This document shows, in pieces, positions 29,755 to 41,012 of a stretch of DNA of 64,000 bases; position 1 is the first letter of the stretch; each line of letters begins with the position of its first letter. This stretch comes from Flavobacteriales bacterium (GTDB lineage Bacteria; Bacteroidota; Bacteroidia; Flavobacteriales_F; PHOS-HE28). The notes under the pieces are model-generated. The model was not told the origin of the DNA. It was given only the letters and a program-made list of their open reading frames with translations, and searched no databases. Made by a program: the position numbers and the translations under genes. The DNA lies in the NCBI GenBank assembly GCA_016705955.1, contig JADJKO010000006.1, positions 195,817-259,816 of the forward strand, in the 5' to 3' direction.

Positions 29755-30696
29755 ATGCCAGACCTCCTCCTTCCCCCCGCATTACGTCCCGGCGACACCA
29801 TCGCCATCATACCCACTGCACGTTCGATCGTGCCCGATGAATTGCGCGACGGGATCGCGCTCGCCGAGAGTTGGGGATTGCGTGTGAAGTTGGGAACGTG
29901 TGTCGGTCGCAAACATTTCCAACAAGCAGGTACATCGCGTCAACGCGCCGCCGATCTTCAAGCGGCGATCGAGGATCCCGAAGTAAAGGCCGTGTGGTGC
30001 GCACGCGGCGGTTATGGAACCGTACACTTGCTTCAACATATGGATCTCGCTGCCTTCAACCGCAACCCGAAATGGGTGATCGGGTTCAGCGATGTGACGG
30101 TGCTGCACAACACCTTGCACAAACTTGGTGTCGCATCTCTGCACGCACAGATGCCGTACTCGCTCGGCAAGAAATCGCAGGAAGCGCGTGAGTCCTTGCG
30201 CCGTGCGCTTTTCGGTGAACACCTGTCCGTGACGATGAACCACACTGTTGCGGAGCGACTACCCGAGCCGCGTACCGGGGAGTGTGAATGCACGCTCGTG
30301 GGTGGCAACCTTTCCTTGCTATACGCATTGCGAGGAACGCCTTACGACATCGACCCGACAGGCAAGATCCTCTTCTTGGAGGACCTCGACGAGTTGCTGT
30401 ACCATGTTGATCGGATGATCATGAACCTGAGGTTGTCCGGTTGGTTCAAGAACCTCGCTGGCTTGATCGTGGGAGGCATGACCGATATGCACGACAAGGA
30501 CGGTACGGATCCATTCGGGAAGACCGCAGAGGAGATGATCGCAGCGGCCATTGGGGATGCGACCTATCCCGTGTGCTACAATTTTCCGGCAGGCCACATA
30601 GCGGACAACCGGGCATTGGTCATGGGCCGAAAAGCGAAACTCAGCGTCACCAATACCGGTGCAACGCTGAGCTTCGGTTCGATGCCGTTGAATTAG
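29755..30696 (+). CDS. ldcA: LD-carboxypeptidase (muramoyltetrapeptide carboxypeptidase, peptidase S66)
   Basis: It has the Ser nucleophile motif GFSDVT plus conserved ARGGYG and later catalytic His/Glu regions. Confidence 0.85.
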   Translation: MPDLLLPPALRPGDTIAIIPTARSIVPDELRDGIALAESWGLRVKLGTCVGRKHFQQAGTSRQRAADLQAAIEDPEVKAVWCARGGYGTVHLLQHMDLAAFNRNPKWVIGFSDVTVLHNTLHKLGVASLHAQMPYSLGKKSQEARESLRRALFGEHLSVTMNHTVAERLPEPRTGECECTLVGGNLSLLYALRGTPYDIDPTGKILFLEDLDELLYHVDRMIMNLRLSGWFKNLAGLIVGGMTDMHDKDGTDPFGKTAEEMIAAAIGDATYPVCYNFPAGHIADNRALVMGRKAKLSVTNTGATLSFGSMPLN

Positions 30697-30700
30697 GCCT

Positions 30701-31357
30701 CTAGTTCCGCTCGAACTTGTTATAGCCAGCCGGGATCTCGAAGAGGCCGGGCTTCTGTACGCCCTTGACCACCTTGGTCACTTCAAGTCGGCTCACTTCG
30801 GCGCCGTCCGTTTTCTGTTCGATACCGAGCATGGGGAATACACCTGCTGCTCCGGTGATCTCCAAGAAGAAGACGGCCTGTTCATCCTTGCGATTGAGCG
30901 TTTCGAGTAGCGGGATGAAGAAGTTGAACTCATCCGCAGCGACCCAGTACGTGATCATGCGGTCCTCTTTGGGGCCTTTCACCACCCACTTCTCGCATTT
31001 GTATCCAGCGATGTCGCGCATGTCGCCGGTCTTCTGGACCGTTGTTTCCACATCCTTGGGGAGACGCATGTTGGGCACATCCATATACAGCTTGCGTTCG
31101 GGACTCAGAGCGATGACCGTCTTGTCGTGCGTATCCACCAGCATGATGCCTTGCACCTCACCACGCGAACTCACTTCCTCGATGCGGATGTGATCTCCCT
31201 TGATGTAGTAACGATAGGCCGTCACCACCGGTCCGGTGGATTTGGTGAATTCGATCACGCCCTCGAAGGATTGGGCGTTCACGAGACTGGCGCTCAGCGC
31301 AAAGCCAAGTCCGATGGTTCTGAAAGTGCGTGTGATCGTTCGCATGGTAGGTCTCAT
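30701..31357 (-). CDS. secreted protein, DUF4412-like (tentative)
   Basis: It has a signal peptide and a roughly 200-aa beta-rich body. The family assignment is from memory of a GxFPMLGIE-type motif. Confidence 0.45.
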   Translation of the reverse strand: MRPTMRTITRTFRTIGLGFALSASLVNAQSFEGVIEFTKSTGPVVTAYRYYIKGDHIRIEEVSSRGEVQGIMLVDTHDKTVIALSPERKLYMDVPNMRLPKDVETTVQKTGDMRDIAGYKCEKWVVKGPKEDRMITYWVAADEFNFFIPLLETLNRKDEQAVFFLEITGAAGVFPMLGIEQKTDGAEVSRLEVTKVVKGVQKPGLFEIPAGYNKFERN

Positions 31358-31454
31358 TTCCGGTGGGTGGTGACCCGGGGCGGTGGAATGTTCCCCAATT
31401 TTAGGGCCTTGAACGGGTGCTTTCGTCGTTGGTTACGCACCGTTCTTTCCACAG

Positions 31455-31835
31455 ATGGCCGAGCACAACCTTATCGGGGCGCAGGGGGAGCAACTGGCAT
31501 GCCGCTATCTGGAGGAGCACGGCTTCGAGATCGTGGAACGCAACTGGCGCTATGGCCGCCATGAGATCGACATCATCGCGAAGCAGGGTGCCGAACTGGT
31601 ATTCGTGGAAGTGAAAACGCGTAGCACGGACCAACACGGAGAGCCGGAGGAAGCGGTGAAAAAGGGCAAGCGAGGAAGGGTGATCAAAGCGGCCAACGCC
31701 TATGTACAAGCAACTGGTGCCGACCTTCGCGTCCGATTCGACATCGTGAGCATCATCCTTCACCCTTCCGGGAAGCCGTACATCCACCACATTCCGGACG
31801 CGTTCTACCCCACCACCCATGACCGACCGTTCTGA
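31455..31835 (+). CDS. yraN: YraN family endonuclease (UPF0102)
   Basis: The sequence GEQLACRYLEEHGFEIVERNWRYGRHEIDIIA...LVFVEVKTR matches the YraN core. Confidence 0.85.
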   Translation: MAEHNLIGAQGEQLACRYLEEHGFEIVERNWRYGRHEIDIIAKQGAELVFVEVKTRSTDQHGEPEEAVKKGKRGRVIKAANAYVQATGADLRVRFDIVSIILHPSGKPYIHHIPDAFYPTTHDRPF

Positions 31836-32931
31836 GCGAAACAAGGCCCCCAAAGGCAGAAAGTCAGATCCTAGGCGACCGGGTGCTGGCGGCAAACCAC
31901 CACGTTCTGCTTCCCCCCGAGGTGATGAACGCACCAAGGAGGAGCCCAAGCGATCAGACTCCGACGAGAAGCCACGATCCAAGCGTTTCGGTCGTAGACC
32001 TCCTTCGGCTGGTCGCGGACGTGGCGATTCCGAGAAACGGACGACGAGGGACGATACTCGAGCCGGGTCAAAGAGCACTGAAGGGAAAGAACGCCCCGAG
32101 GGTGGTTGGAAACGCCCCTTTGGCGCCAAGCCCGATCGCCCGGGCAAGCCGTTCCGTAAGAGCGCACCGAAACGATCATCAGACCGCGACCGCGGTGCGG
32201 AAACTCCCGACGATGGGCGCATCCGCCTGAACCGTTACCTCTCCAACGCCGGTGTGGCAAGTCGGCGGGAAGCGGATCAATTGATCCAAGCCGGCGTGGT
32301 CAGCGTGAATGGAAAGATCGTGACCGAGCTTGGAACCAAGGTCGGGCCGAACGACAAGGTCCAGTATGGTGGGCAGCGGCTCAGCCGGGAGAAGAAGCGC
32401 TATGTCCTGCTGAACAAACCGAAGGACTTCCTCACCACTACCGACGACCCGCGCGATCGGCGCACGGTGATGGCGCTGGTGGAAAAGGCTTGCACAGAGC
32501 GGATCTATCCGGTGGGCCGATTGGATCGGAACACCACGGGACTGCTCATGCTCACCAACGATGGTGACCTGGCCCGGAAACTCACCCATCCCAGCGAGGG
32601 CGCCGAGAAGATCTATCATGTGACCCTCGATAAGAACGTAGCAGCGGCCGATCTGATCAAGCTGACGGAAGGTGTGATGTTGGATGATGGTCCGGCCAAA
32701 GCGGATGAAGCCCGTTTCGTCGATGGTGCCGAGCGCAAGGAGGTCGGCCTGAAATTGCACATGGGCAAGAATCGTGTGGTGCGCCGCATGTTCGAGGCCC
32801 TCGGCTACGATGTGGTCAAGTTGGACCGCGTGATCTTCGCCGGGTTGACCAAGAAGGATCTCCCACGTGGCCGCTGGCGGCACCTGACCGACAAGGAAGT
32901 GCTCTTCCTCACGAAGCGAAAGTCTTCCTAG
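31819..32931 (+). CDS. rluB: 23S rRNA pseudouridine synthase, RluB/RsuA family, with N-terminal basic low-complexity region
   Basis: It has the S4 domain (IRLNRYLSNAGVASRREADQLI) and the catalytic Asp motif (RLDRNTTGLLMLTNDG). A roughly 140-aa Lys/Arg/Pro-rich N-terminal extension is typical of Bacteroidota RluB. Confidence 0.85.
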   Translation: MTDRSERNKAPKGRKSDPRRPGAGGKPPRSASPRGDERTKEEPKRSDSDEKPRSKRFGRRPPSAGRGRGDSEKRTTRDDTRAGSKSTEGKERPEGGWKRPFGAKPDRPGKPFRKSAPKRSSDRDRGAETPDDGRIRLNRYLSNAGVASRREADQLIQAGVVSVNGKIVTELGTKVGPNDKVQYGGQRLSREKKRYVLLNKPKDFLTTTDDPRDRRTVMALVEKACTERIYPVGRLDRNTTGLLMLTNDGDLARKLTHPSEGAEKIYHVTLDKNVAAADLIKLTEGVMLDDGPAKADEARFVDGAERKEVGLKLHMGKNRVVRRMFEALGYDVVKLDRVIFAGLTKKDLPRGRWRHLTDKEVLFLTKRKSS

Positions 32932-33025
32932 CCGAACGCCCGGACAATAACACCGCGCTGTGAACGAACAGCACGGCAATTGCCGTTAGTGGCTAGGTGC
33001 CCCCGGTACCTTTCGCACTTTGCCC

Positions 33026-35682
33026 ATGTTCGCGCGCGTTCGCAAAATCATCATCATCCTGTTCTCCGTGCTGGGCGCGGGGTTGGCGACGCTCGTGATC
33101 CTGGCCCGAGTGTATGATGAAGAGGTCAAGGCCAAACTCGTCGGGGCAATGAACGATCGCTTGCTCTCCCCGGTCTCGGTGAGCGACATGGATCTCACCC
33201 TCATCGCGCGCTTCCCGATGGCCAGTCTTCGGCTGCACGATGTGAAGGTGGATGAGGTCCGCACCGACGATCAGCGACCGGACACGCTGCTTGCGGTGAA
33301 GGAACTCTTCCTTGAATTCAACCTCTGGGATCTCTTCGGCGGGGATTACCACGTTCAGCGGATCCACGGGAAGGATGTGATCCTCTATCCAGGGCTTGAT
33401 GCGAACGGTGTCGAGAACTTCCGGATCTGGAAGAGCGACACAGCGAGCACGACCTCTTCGCCGATCGCCTTGGAAGCGGTGACCCTGAATGGGGCACTGA
33501 TCCGCTATCGTGATGATCGCGATCGGACGGAAGTGCTTGCGACCGGCCGGACATTGAGCGTGAGCGGATCATTCGCGGATGCCATGAACGATCTGCACGT
33601 GGCTGGCGATCTCCAAGTCAGAAGCATTGCTTTGAAAGGTGAACCGATGCTCGCGGATCGTCGGGCGCGGATCTCTTGGAAATGTCCTTCAACGCGAACC
33701 GTTTCCGGATCCAGAAGGGCGAGGTGATCCTCGGGGATCTGCCCTTGGAGGTCAGCCTTACGGTGGAGCAGGACGCGAAAGGACAGAACCTCGACCTCCG
33801 AGCAAGCGGCCTCGACCTCGACATCGCCGAATTGTTCGCCCAGCTTCCGGAAAAGGTGAGTGCCCCGTTCGTCCGGTATGGTATGCAGGGCCGGGTTGAT
33901 CTTGCGGTACACTACGCAGGCCCGCTGGATTCACCCTCGCTTTCCATCGGGGCGCAGGTGGCCAAGGCCCGCATGAAGGAGCGGATCACCGGTGCCATGT
34001 TCACCGACATCAACGGCGAGCTCGGTGTGGATCTGGCGCCGGATGGAAGCTTGCGGATGCTGAAGATCAAGGATCTACATGCGCGTAGTGCCGACGGAAC
34101 GATCAGCGGGAATTGGCTGTCGGCGGGCGGGCGGAAGGCGGCGGTGAAGTCGAACATCCGGTGCGATGTGAGCCTCGCCGAGTTGCTACGCTTTGCTGGT
34201 GTGGATACGTTAGAGCAGGTCAGTGGTCGCTTGGTCGCCGAGATCAAGGCGGAAGGCACCATGCGCGACATGTCCGATGTGCGCGCCGCCGACCTGAAGC
34301 AACTGCGCACCACAGGAACAGTGGCGCTTCGTGATGCCTCACTGAAGATGAAGGGTGTTCGGCACCGCGTGGAGCACCTGGATGCGGAACTGGCTGTGAC
34401 AGGTAACGATGCCCTTGTCCGAGGATTGAAGGCGACCCTGCAAGGCAGCACCGTTCAGATCTCCGGGACCTTGCACAACCTGATCCCGTTCCTGTTGTTG
34501 GATCAGGAGCGTTTGTTGATCGAGGCGAAAGGGAATAGTGAACGACTGGATCTGGCCAGCTTGCTGCAACGGAAGGAGAGCAGCGATCAACGCGAAGTAC
34601 CGGATGACTACATCCTCGTGCTGCCGGCCAACATCGATCTCGACCTGAAGGCGCGCATCGGTGAATTGGTTTTTGAGGATTTCAAAGCGACGGACATCAC
34701 CGGAACCATCGGATTGAAGAACCGCGTGTTGCGCGTATCGCCGGTCTCGTTCAACACTGCGGATGGTGCCGTGCTCGGCAGCTTGGACCTCGATGGTCGC
34801 GGTGGCGCAACCGCTTCAGCCTACCCCTTGGCCATCGAAGCCACAGTGAAGGGCATCGACCTGAAAGCACTCTTTTCCGAGTTCCAGGACTTCGGCCAGG
34901 AATTCCTGACACATGACCAATTGAGCGGTCGCGCCCAAGCGAGTGTGATCTTCCGCGCACCCTTGCGTTCGTCCATGACCTTGGATCGCGAGAAGATCCT
35001 TTGCACCGTCGATATCGCTGTGGACAAGGGCGGCATCAAGGGCAATCAGCAGTTGCTCGCCGTGGCCGATCATCTTCAGAAGAACAAACTGGTATCGCCG
35101 TTCGTGAACACCGATGAACTGCGGAAGCGCCTTGCCGATGTGCGCTTCGAGCGTTTGGAGAACCGCATCGAGATCCGGGACGGTGGCGTCCACATCCCGA
35201 TGATGGAAGTGCGCAGCAACGCGATGGACATCGCATTGAGCGGTACGCAATGGTTCGATGACCGGATCGACCATCACCTCATTTTTCGATTGAGCGATCT
35301 GTTCCGGATGGGGAAACAAGCCGATGACCAGTTCGGCCCGGTAGCGGATGATGGTACTGGCATGCGCGTGTTCCTGCACATGTACGGCGATGCATCCGCG
35401 CCGCAATTCGAGAACGATGGGGCCATGGCCGCTAACCGCCGTAAGCAGCAATTCCAGCAGGAGAAGCAGGAGTTGCGCGCGATCCTCCGGGAGGACATTC
35501 TTGGCCGCCGAACGGAAGGAAGCACCACCTCCACACAGTCAGGGACCGGTGGCCGGATCATCATCGAGCAGGAAGGGGACAGCGTGAATACCGTGCAAGT
35601 GAAGCCGCGTTCGCGCACCGGCCGCCTCTTCCGTGAAGAGAAACCGCCACCTCAGCGCGGAGACATCCGGATCGAGGACTGA
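33026..35682 (+). CDS. AsmA-family outer-membrane biogenesis protein; apparent -1 frameshift at TT 33676-33677
   Basis: It has an N-terminal TM helix (IIIILFSVLGAGLATLVIL) followed by a long beta-rich periplasmic region with AsmA-like repeats. Adding one T joins ...ARISLEMSFNANRF. Track ORFs 33020-33727 and 33676-35682 were joined. Confidence 0.7.
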
Positions 35683-35705
35683 CCGCCTTTGGCGATCTTC
35701 ACCCC

Positions 35706-37211
35706 GTGGACCTCTACTCACGCAAGCAACGCTGGAAGCTGGTACTGGCCGTGATGGCCATCCTCATCATCGGTGCCTCGTTGTGGTACAGCAGTCGCAT
35801 CGTGGAAGGGATCCGTGGTGAAGAGCGACGCAAAGTGCGCTTGTGGGCCGAAGCCGTGCAGAATCGCGCGGAGCTGGTGAACTACACCGAGAAGTTGTTC
35901 CAGCGCTTGCGTGAGGAGGAAAGAAAGAAGGTGCAGTTGTGGGCCGAAGCGACCGTGCGACTGGTGAGTGGCGCTGATGGCGATCTCTCCTTCTACCTGA
36001 AAGTGGTGAGCGATAACACCACCGTGCCCGTGGTGATCACCGACGCCGAACGCAAGGTGCGATCCTTCCGGAATCTCGATGAGCGGATCACCAATGACCC
36101 GGAGCTGCTCGCTGCCGAAGTGGATACAATGGCGAAGCTGCATCCGCCCATCGAGATCTCGATCCTGGGTGATCAGAAGCAATACCTCTACTATAAGGAG
36201 AGCAAGGTCTTCACGGAATTGCAAGAGGTGATGGACGGGATCATCCAGTCCTTCATTTCCGAAACCGTCATGGGCACCGCAGCGGTTCCGGTGATCTACA
36301 CCGATAGCACACGACTGCGGATCATCGAAACCGCGAACATCGAAGCCCACGTGGACTCCGACACCACGGCTTTGCTGGCACGCATCACCTCCATGGAGCA
36401 GGTGAACCCACCTATTGTGATCCAACTTCCCGGTCAGGGTAAGAACTACATCTTCTATGAGGAGTCGTTGGTGATCACGCAGCTCCGCTACTTCCCGTAT
36501 GTGCAATTGGTGATCCTCGGCTTGTTCCTGCTCGTGGCCTATGCGCTCTTCAGCATCTTCCGCAATGCGGAACAGAACCAGGTGTGGGTGGGCATGGCGA
36601 AGGAAACCGCGCACCAGCTCGGCACACCTCTGAGTTCACTCATGGCGTGGACCGAACTGTTGAAGGAACAAGGCACGGATCCCTCCGCGCTGAACGAGAT
36701 GCGCAAGGACCTCGATCGTCTGGAGGTGATCACCGAGCGCTTCTCCAAGATCGGATCATCACCGGACCTCGAACCGGAGAAGCTTTACCACATGCTGCGC
36801 GCAACGGTCCTCTATCTGCGTCCGCGATTACCGTCGCGCGCGCTCATCGAGGTGACCACACCGCTGGATACCGAAGTGCTTGTCCCGCTGAACCGTGCGT
36901 TGTTCAGTTGGGTCATCGAGAACCTGATCCGCAACGCGGTGGATGCCATGGGCGGCGAAGGGTCCATCACCATTACCATGGAACGGGATAGCACCGGTAT
37001 GCACGTGGACCTGACCGACACCGGCAAGGGAATTCCGCAGTCCCAGCACCGCACGGTATTCGCGCCGGGCTTCACCACCAAGAAGCGCGGTTGGGGTTTG
37101 GGGCTTTCGCTCAGCAAGCGGATCATCGAACAATATCACGGCGGACACATCTTCGTGAAGAAGAGCGCGCCGGGGAAGGGGACCACGTTCCGGATCACGC
37201 TCAAGGGGTGA
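35706..37211 (+). CDS. sensor histidine kinase (2 TM, HisKA + HATPase_c)
   Basis: The TM helices are at roughly 10-30 and 270-290. The H-box is AHQLGTPLSSLMAW. The N/G boxes are ENLIRNAVDAM, DTGKGIP and GWGLGLSL. Confidence 0.85.
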   Translation: MDLYSRKQRWKLVLAVMAILIIGASLWYSSRIVEGIRGEERRKVRLWAEAVQNRAELVNYTEKLFQRLREEERKKVQLWAEATVRLVSGADGDLSFYLKVVSDNTTVPVVITDAERKVRSFRNLDERITNDPELLAAEVDTMAKLHPPIEISILGDQKQYLYYKESKVFTELQEVMDGIIQSFISETVMGTAAVPVIYTDSTRLRIIETANIEAHVDSDTTALLARITSMEQVNPPIVIQLPGQGKNYIFYEESLVITQLRYFPYVQLVILGLFLLVAYALFSIFRNAEQNQVWVGMAKETAHQLGTPLSSLMAWTELLKEQGTDPSALNEMRKDLDRLEVITERFSKIGSSPDLEPEKLYHMLRATVLYLRPRLPSRALIEVTTPLDTEVLVPLNRALFSWVIENLIRNAVDAMGGEGSITITMERDSTGMHVDLTDTGKGIPQSQHRTVFAPGFTTKKRGWGLGLSLSKRIIEQYHGGHIFVKKSAPGKGTTFRITLKG

Positions 37212-37228
37212 TCGCGTTGGCGTCGACC

Positions 37229-38353
37229 ATGTCGGGCATTTACATCCACATTCCCTTCTGCAAGCAGGCTTGCACGTACTGTGATTTCCACTTCAGCACG
37301 TCCTTGAAGCAGCGCGATGCGATGCTCCACGCGATGCAACAGGAGGTCAATTCGCGATCGTCTGAATTGGATGCGCCTGTCGGAACGATCTACTTCGGCG
37401 GAGGAACCCCAAGCCTTATGAGCGAGCAGGAACTTGGGTCGTTCATCGCGCAGGCAAAGAGCACGTTCCAAGTGGATGCGAATGCAGAAGTGACACTTGA
37501 AGCGAATCCGGACGACATCACAAGTGAGCGGCTCGCAGCGTGGAGGTCGATCGGCATCACGCGGATCAGTCTCGGCACGCAGAGCTTTCGCGAGGATCGT
37601 TTGCGGTGGATGGGTCGCGCGCACACGGCAGAGCATGCGTTGGCCAGTATCGACCTCATCGCCAAGGCGGGCATCGCGTCGTGGACCATCGACTTGATCT
37701 ACGGGCTACCCGGTATGACCCTCGAAGAATGGGACGAGCAACTGACCATTGCGTTGGATCATGGAGTGCCGCACCTCAGCGCATACTGCCTCACCGTGGA
37801 GCCGCGGACCGCACTCGCGCACCAAGTGAAGCAAGCCATGGTACACATGCCCGGTGATGACGACCAGAGCGCGCAATTCGATCGCCTGATGGAGCGTATG
37901 GAAACCGCCGGTCTCGATCATTACGAGATCAGCAACTTCGGGAAGCCGGGTCATCATTCGCGACACAACACCGCGTATTGGGAAGGTGTCCCGTACTTGG
38001 GGATCGGCCCGTCGGCGCATTCGTTCAACGGTACGACACGGCGCTGGAACGTCTCGAACAACGCGCGGTACATCAAGGCGCTGGACGAGGGAACGCGCTA
38101 CTGGGAACAGGAGATCCTCACGGCAGCGCAGCGCACCAATGAAGCCTTGCTCACCGGCCTGCGAACCAGCGCTGGTGTGGCGATCGAACGCTTGGAAGTG
38201 GATGCGATCGGCCGGAATTCGTCGGCCGTTGAACGGTATGTGTCGAGCGGACACCTTGTGCTTGGTGGCGGGCGGCTAGTTTTGACGAAGGCGGGCAGGC
38301 ACTTCGCGGATCGGATCGCGGCGGACCTGTTCGTGAGCGACGATGCTGGCTGA
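37229..38353 (+). CDS. hemW: radical SAM heme chaperone HemW (HemN-like)
   Basis: It has the CxxxCxxC motif in MSGIYIHIPFCKQACTYCDF, plus the GGGTPS motif and a HemN_C domain. The 5' extension of track ORF 37091 overlaps the kinase and was rejected. Confidence 0.9.
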   Translation: MSGIYIHIPFCKQACTYCDFHFSTSLKQRDAMLHAMQQEVNSRSSELDAPVGTIYFGGGTPSLMSEQELGSFIAQAKSTFQVDANAEVTLEANPDDITSERLAAWRSIGITRISLGTQSFREDRLRWMGRAHTAEHALASIDLIAKAGIASWTIDLIYGLPGMTLEEWDEQLTIALDHGVPHLSAYCLTVEPRTALAHQVKQAMVHMPGDDDQSAQFDRLMERMETAGLDHYEISNFGKPGHHSRHNTAYWEGVPYLGIGPSAHSFNGTTRRWNVSNNARYIKALDEGTRYWEQEILTAAQRTNEALLTGLRTSAGVAIERLEVDAIGRNSSAVERYVSSGHLVLGGGRLVLTKAGRHFADRIAADLFVSDDAG

Positions 38354-39107
38354 GATCACCCACCGCGGTCGCACCTTCAAGGTGGACCTGTCGAACCCCA
38401 TCGACCTGTCGCTTCCGTTGATGGCCGGTGAGGGCGGTCCGCGCGCGTGGTATGTCGGCCCGGTGGAGATGGAACCGGTGCGCGATGGCGACAAGATCTT
38501 CTGCGTAAAGGATGGCGCACCGGTGAATTTCCGGAACGTCTTCTTCAATCCGCACGGACACGGCACGCACACCGAAAGTGTCGGCCACGTAGCACCGGAG
38601 ATCCACCCGGTGGGGAGGATGTTGAAGCGATACTTCTTCACTGCGCAAGTGATCAGCCTACTGCCGGAGATGCGCCGCGCACCCGATGGCAAGAGTGATT
38701 CGGTGATCACCTTGGAGCAACTGCGTAATGTGGTGAGTGATCGCCCGCCCGAGGCGCTGGTCCTGCGCACCCTGCCGAATGACATCGCTGCCATGGAACA
38801 CCAGTGGAGCGGAACCAACCCATGCTACCTGCAGAGCACGGCGTGTGCGTGGTTGCGGAGCATAGGGGTGAAGCACCTGTTGCTGGACCTGCCCAGCGTG
38901 GACCGCGAAGAGGACGGTGGCGTACTGGCAGCGCATCACGCGTTCTGGGATTACCCCAACACGATCGACCTGGAACGGACGATCACCGAATTGATCCATG
39001 TGCCGAGCGCGGTGAGGGACGGCGAGTACTTGTTGGAACTGCAGTTCCCCAACTTCGTGAACGACGCTGCGCCGAGTCGACCGGTCCTGTACGCTTTGTT
39101 GCCATGA
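38343..39107 (+). CDS. cyclase-family protein (kynurenine formamidase-like, PF04199)
   Basis: The HxGTHxD-type motif is NPHGHGTHTESVGH. The length and the later conserved His/Asp residues fit the family. Confidence 0.75.
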   Translation: MLAEITHRGRTFKVDLSNPIDLSLPLMAGEGGPRAWYVGPVEMEPVRDGDKIFCVKDGAPVNFRNVFFNPHGHGTHTESVGHVAPEIHPVGRMLKRYFFTAQVISLLPEMRRAPDGKSDSVITLEQLRNVVSDRPPEALVLRTLPNDIAAMEHQWSGTNPCYLQSTACAWLRSIGVKHLLLDLPSVDREEDGGVLAAHHAFWDYPNTIDLERTITELIHVPSAVRDGEYLLELQFPNFVNDAAPSRPVLYALLP

Positions 39108-39451
39108 CGCTTGAAAGTCTTCAGGCGTATTGCGCGCAGAAGTCAGGTGTGTCGTGGGATACACCCTTCGGGCCGGATGTGCTCGTATTCCGCGTCGCTG
39201 GGAAGATCTTCGTGTTGGCACCGATCGAGGTCTTCGACACCGTGAACCTGAAGTGCGACCCCGAACGCGCCATTGAATTACGCGAACGGTACGACGGCAT
39301 CATCCCCGGGTACCACATGAACAAACAGCATTGGAATACCGTGGATGTCACTGGCTCCGTTCCGGAGAAGTTGATCCTCGAATTGGTGGATCACAGCTAC
39401 GACCTGATCCGCGCTTCCTTGCCGAGGAAATTGCGCGATGAATTGACGTGA
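39104..39451 (+). CDS. MmcQ/YjbR family DNA-binding protein
   Basis: It is 115 aa. The pattern FGPDVLVFRVAGKIFVL...HMNKQHWNTV is characteristic of YjbR. The ATGA overlap with the upstream stop suggests coupling. Confidence 0.8.
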   Translation: MTLESLQAYCAQKSGVSWDTPFGPDVLVFRVAGKIFVLAPIEVFDTVNLKCDPERAIELRERYDGIIPGYHMNKQHWNTVDVTGSVPEKLILELVDHSYDLIRASLPRKLRDELT

Positions 39452-39487
39452 TCGGTCCGCTCGGCCCTGTGGAAGTACTTTCGCGCT

Positions 39488-40069
39488 ATGGCAGCGTACG
39501 GACGTTTGACGGGTCGATTGATCCTCGGTTATTTCTTGCGCGGCTTGTTGCTGTTGGTGCCCATCACGGTGATCGTCTGGGCCATCTACCGGGTGCTCGC
39601 CTTCCTCGACAACATCATCAAGACGGATATCCCGGGCCTTGGGCTCATTATCCTTCTGGCCACCATTACGTTGGTAGGGTGGTTGGGAAGCACGATCTTC
39701 TTCCAACCGCTAGCGGAGATCGGCGAGGACCTCTTGCAACGGATCCCGTTCATCAAAACGATGTACGGTACACTGAAGGATCTAGTGGAAGCACTGGTGG
39801 GGAGCAAGCGCAAATTCGACCGACCGGTCCTGGTGCGATTCGGATCGGGCGTGGAAGCCGAACGCTTGGGCTTCATCACGCAGGATGACCTGAACCACTT
39901 AGGGGTCGGTCCTGAAAAGGCGGCCGTCTACTTCCCGCACTCCTTTGCGTGGAGTGGCAACCTGCTCATCATCCCGAAAGCGAACATCATCCCGTTGGAA
40001 GCCAAGGCGGCGGACGTGATGAAGTTCGCCGTGAGCGGTGGCGTTTCACAGGTCGATGAGGAAGAATAG
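39488..40069 (+). CDS. DUF502 family membrane protein
   Basis: It has two N-terminal TM helices plus the conserved IPFIKTMYGTLKDLVEA segment. Confidence 0.8.
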   Translation: MAAYGRLTGRLILGYFLRGLLLLVPITVIVWAIYRVLAFLDNIIKTDIPGLGLIILLATITLVGWLGSTIFFQPLAEIGEDLLQRIPFIKTMYGTLKDLVEALVGSKRKFDRPVLVRFGSGVEAERLGFITQDDLNHLGVGPEKAAVYFPHSFAWSGNLLIIPKANIIPLEAKAADVMKFAVSGGVSQVDEEE

Positions 40070-40108
40070 CCTTGGAGCCCGGCATATTGGTTGCCCGAAG
40101 CGCACGCC

Positions 40109-40984
40109 ATGAGGATCCATTGTGCCACGCTCTTTTCGGTTGCATCCGTTCTGATCAATGGAACAGGCCTGTCCCAATCAACGGTCGTTGTGGGCTCGTG
40201 GGCATTCAGCACCGGCGTGCATCCGACGTTGAGCTACACGTTCGAGAACACGGACGAAAGGACCATTGAGAATTTCTGGCGCGCGGAGCTCAAGCGCATC
40301 AGTCCCGACGTGAGCAATAAGAAGGAGCTGATCGCGGCCAGTGCCTTGATCCCGATGGTTTCACCGGATACGGTGCGCGTGCTGGTGAAGGCTGACCAGC
40401 GTCGCGGCAGCACGATGGTGACGGTGAATGTGGCGATCCTCTCCACTGCTGGGTGGATCGCACCCGATAGTGATCCGCATGCGCTGGAGTCCGCACGTGC
40501 ATTCGTACAGGAACAATGCACCGCTCTTCGCTGGGAGATCGCCCAAGAGGCGTTGGCGAATGGGGAGAAGGAATTAGCGCGCTTGCAGAACGATCTGGCG
40601 GGTCATGTGCGGGAGAAGGAGCGCGCGGAGCGAAGCATGGTTTCCAGCAAGGCCAAAGAAGCCGAGGCCGTCACCGATCAAGTGCGGATCCGGAAGGAGC
40701 GGACGGAACTGGATGAACGGATCACGGAACAACAGCAAGTGAACGCGACGGAAGGAACGAAGGAGGACCTGAAGGACCTCGCACGGCTGGTCAAGCAACG
40801 CGCACGATCGAACCGCGATCTGGAGCGAGCATTGGACCGGGAGAAGGCCATGCGGAAGAAGCAGGAGGACCTTGCGTGGGACCTGAAGAAGAACGCAACG
40901 GATCATGTGCGCAAAGTGGCGGACATTGAACGGCAGGAAGGCGTGGTGAAGGAGTTGCGCGAGAAGCTCGAAGCGATCCACTGA
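40109..40984 (+). CDS. hypothetical secreted protein with C-terminal coiled-coil
   Basis: It has a signal peptide, MRIHCATLFSVASVLINGTGLSQ. The C-terminal roughly 130 aa are highly charged heptad-like (ELARLQNDLAGHVREKERAERS...). Confidence 0.5.
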   Translation: MRIHCATLFSVASVLINGTGLSQSTVVVGSWAFSTGVHPTLSYTFENTDERTIENFWRAELKRISPDVSNKKELIAASALIPMVSPDTVRVLVKADQRRGSTMVTVNVAILSTAGWIAPDSDPHALESARAFVQEQCTALRWEIAQEALANGEKELARLQNDLAGHVREKERAERSMVSSKAKEAEAVTDQVRIRKERTELDERITEQQQVNATEGTKEDLKDLARLVKQRARSNRDLERALDREKAMRKKQEDLAWDLKKNATDHVRKVADIERQEGVVKELREKLEAIH

Positions 40985-41012
40985 GCCCAACTACCTTGGC
41001 CTGCGCGAACGC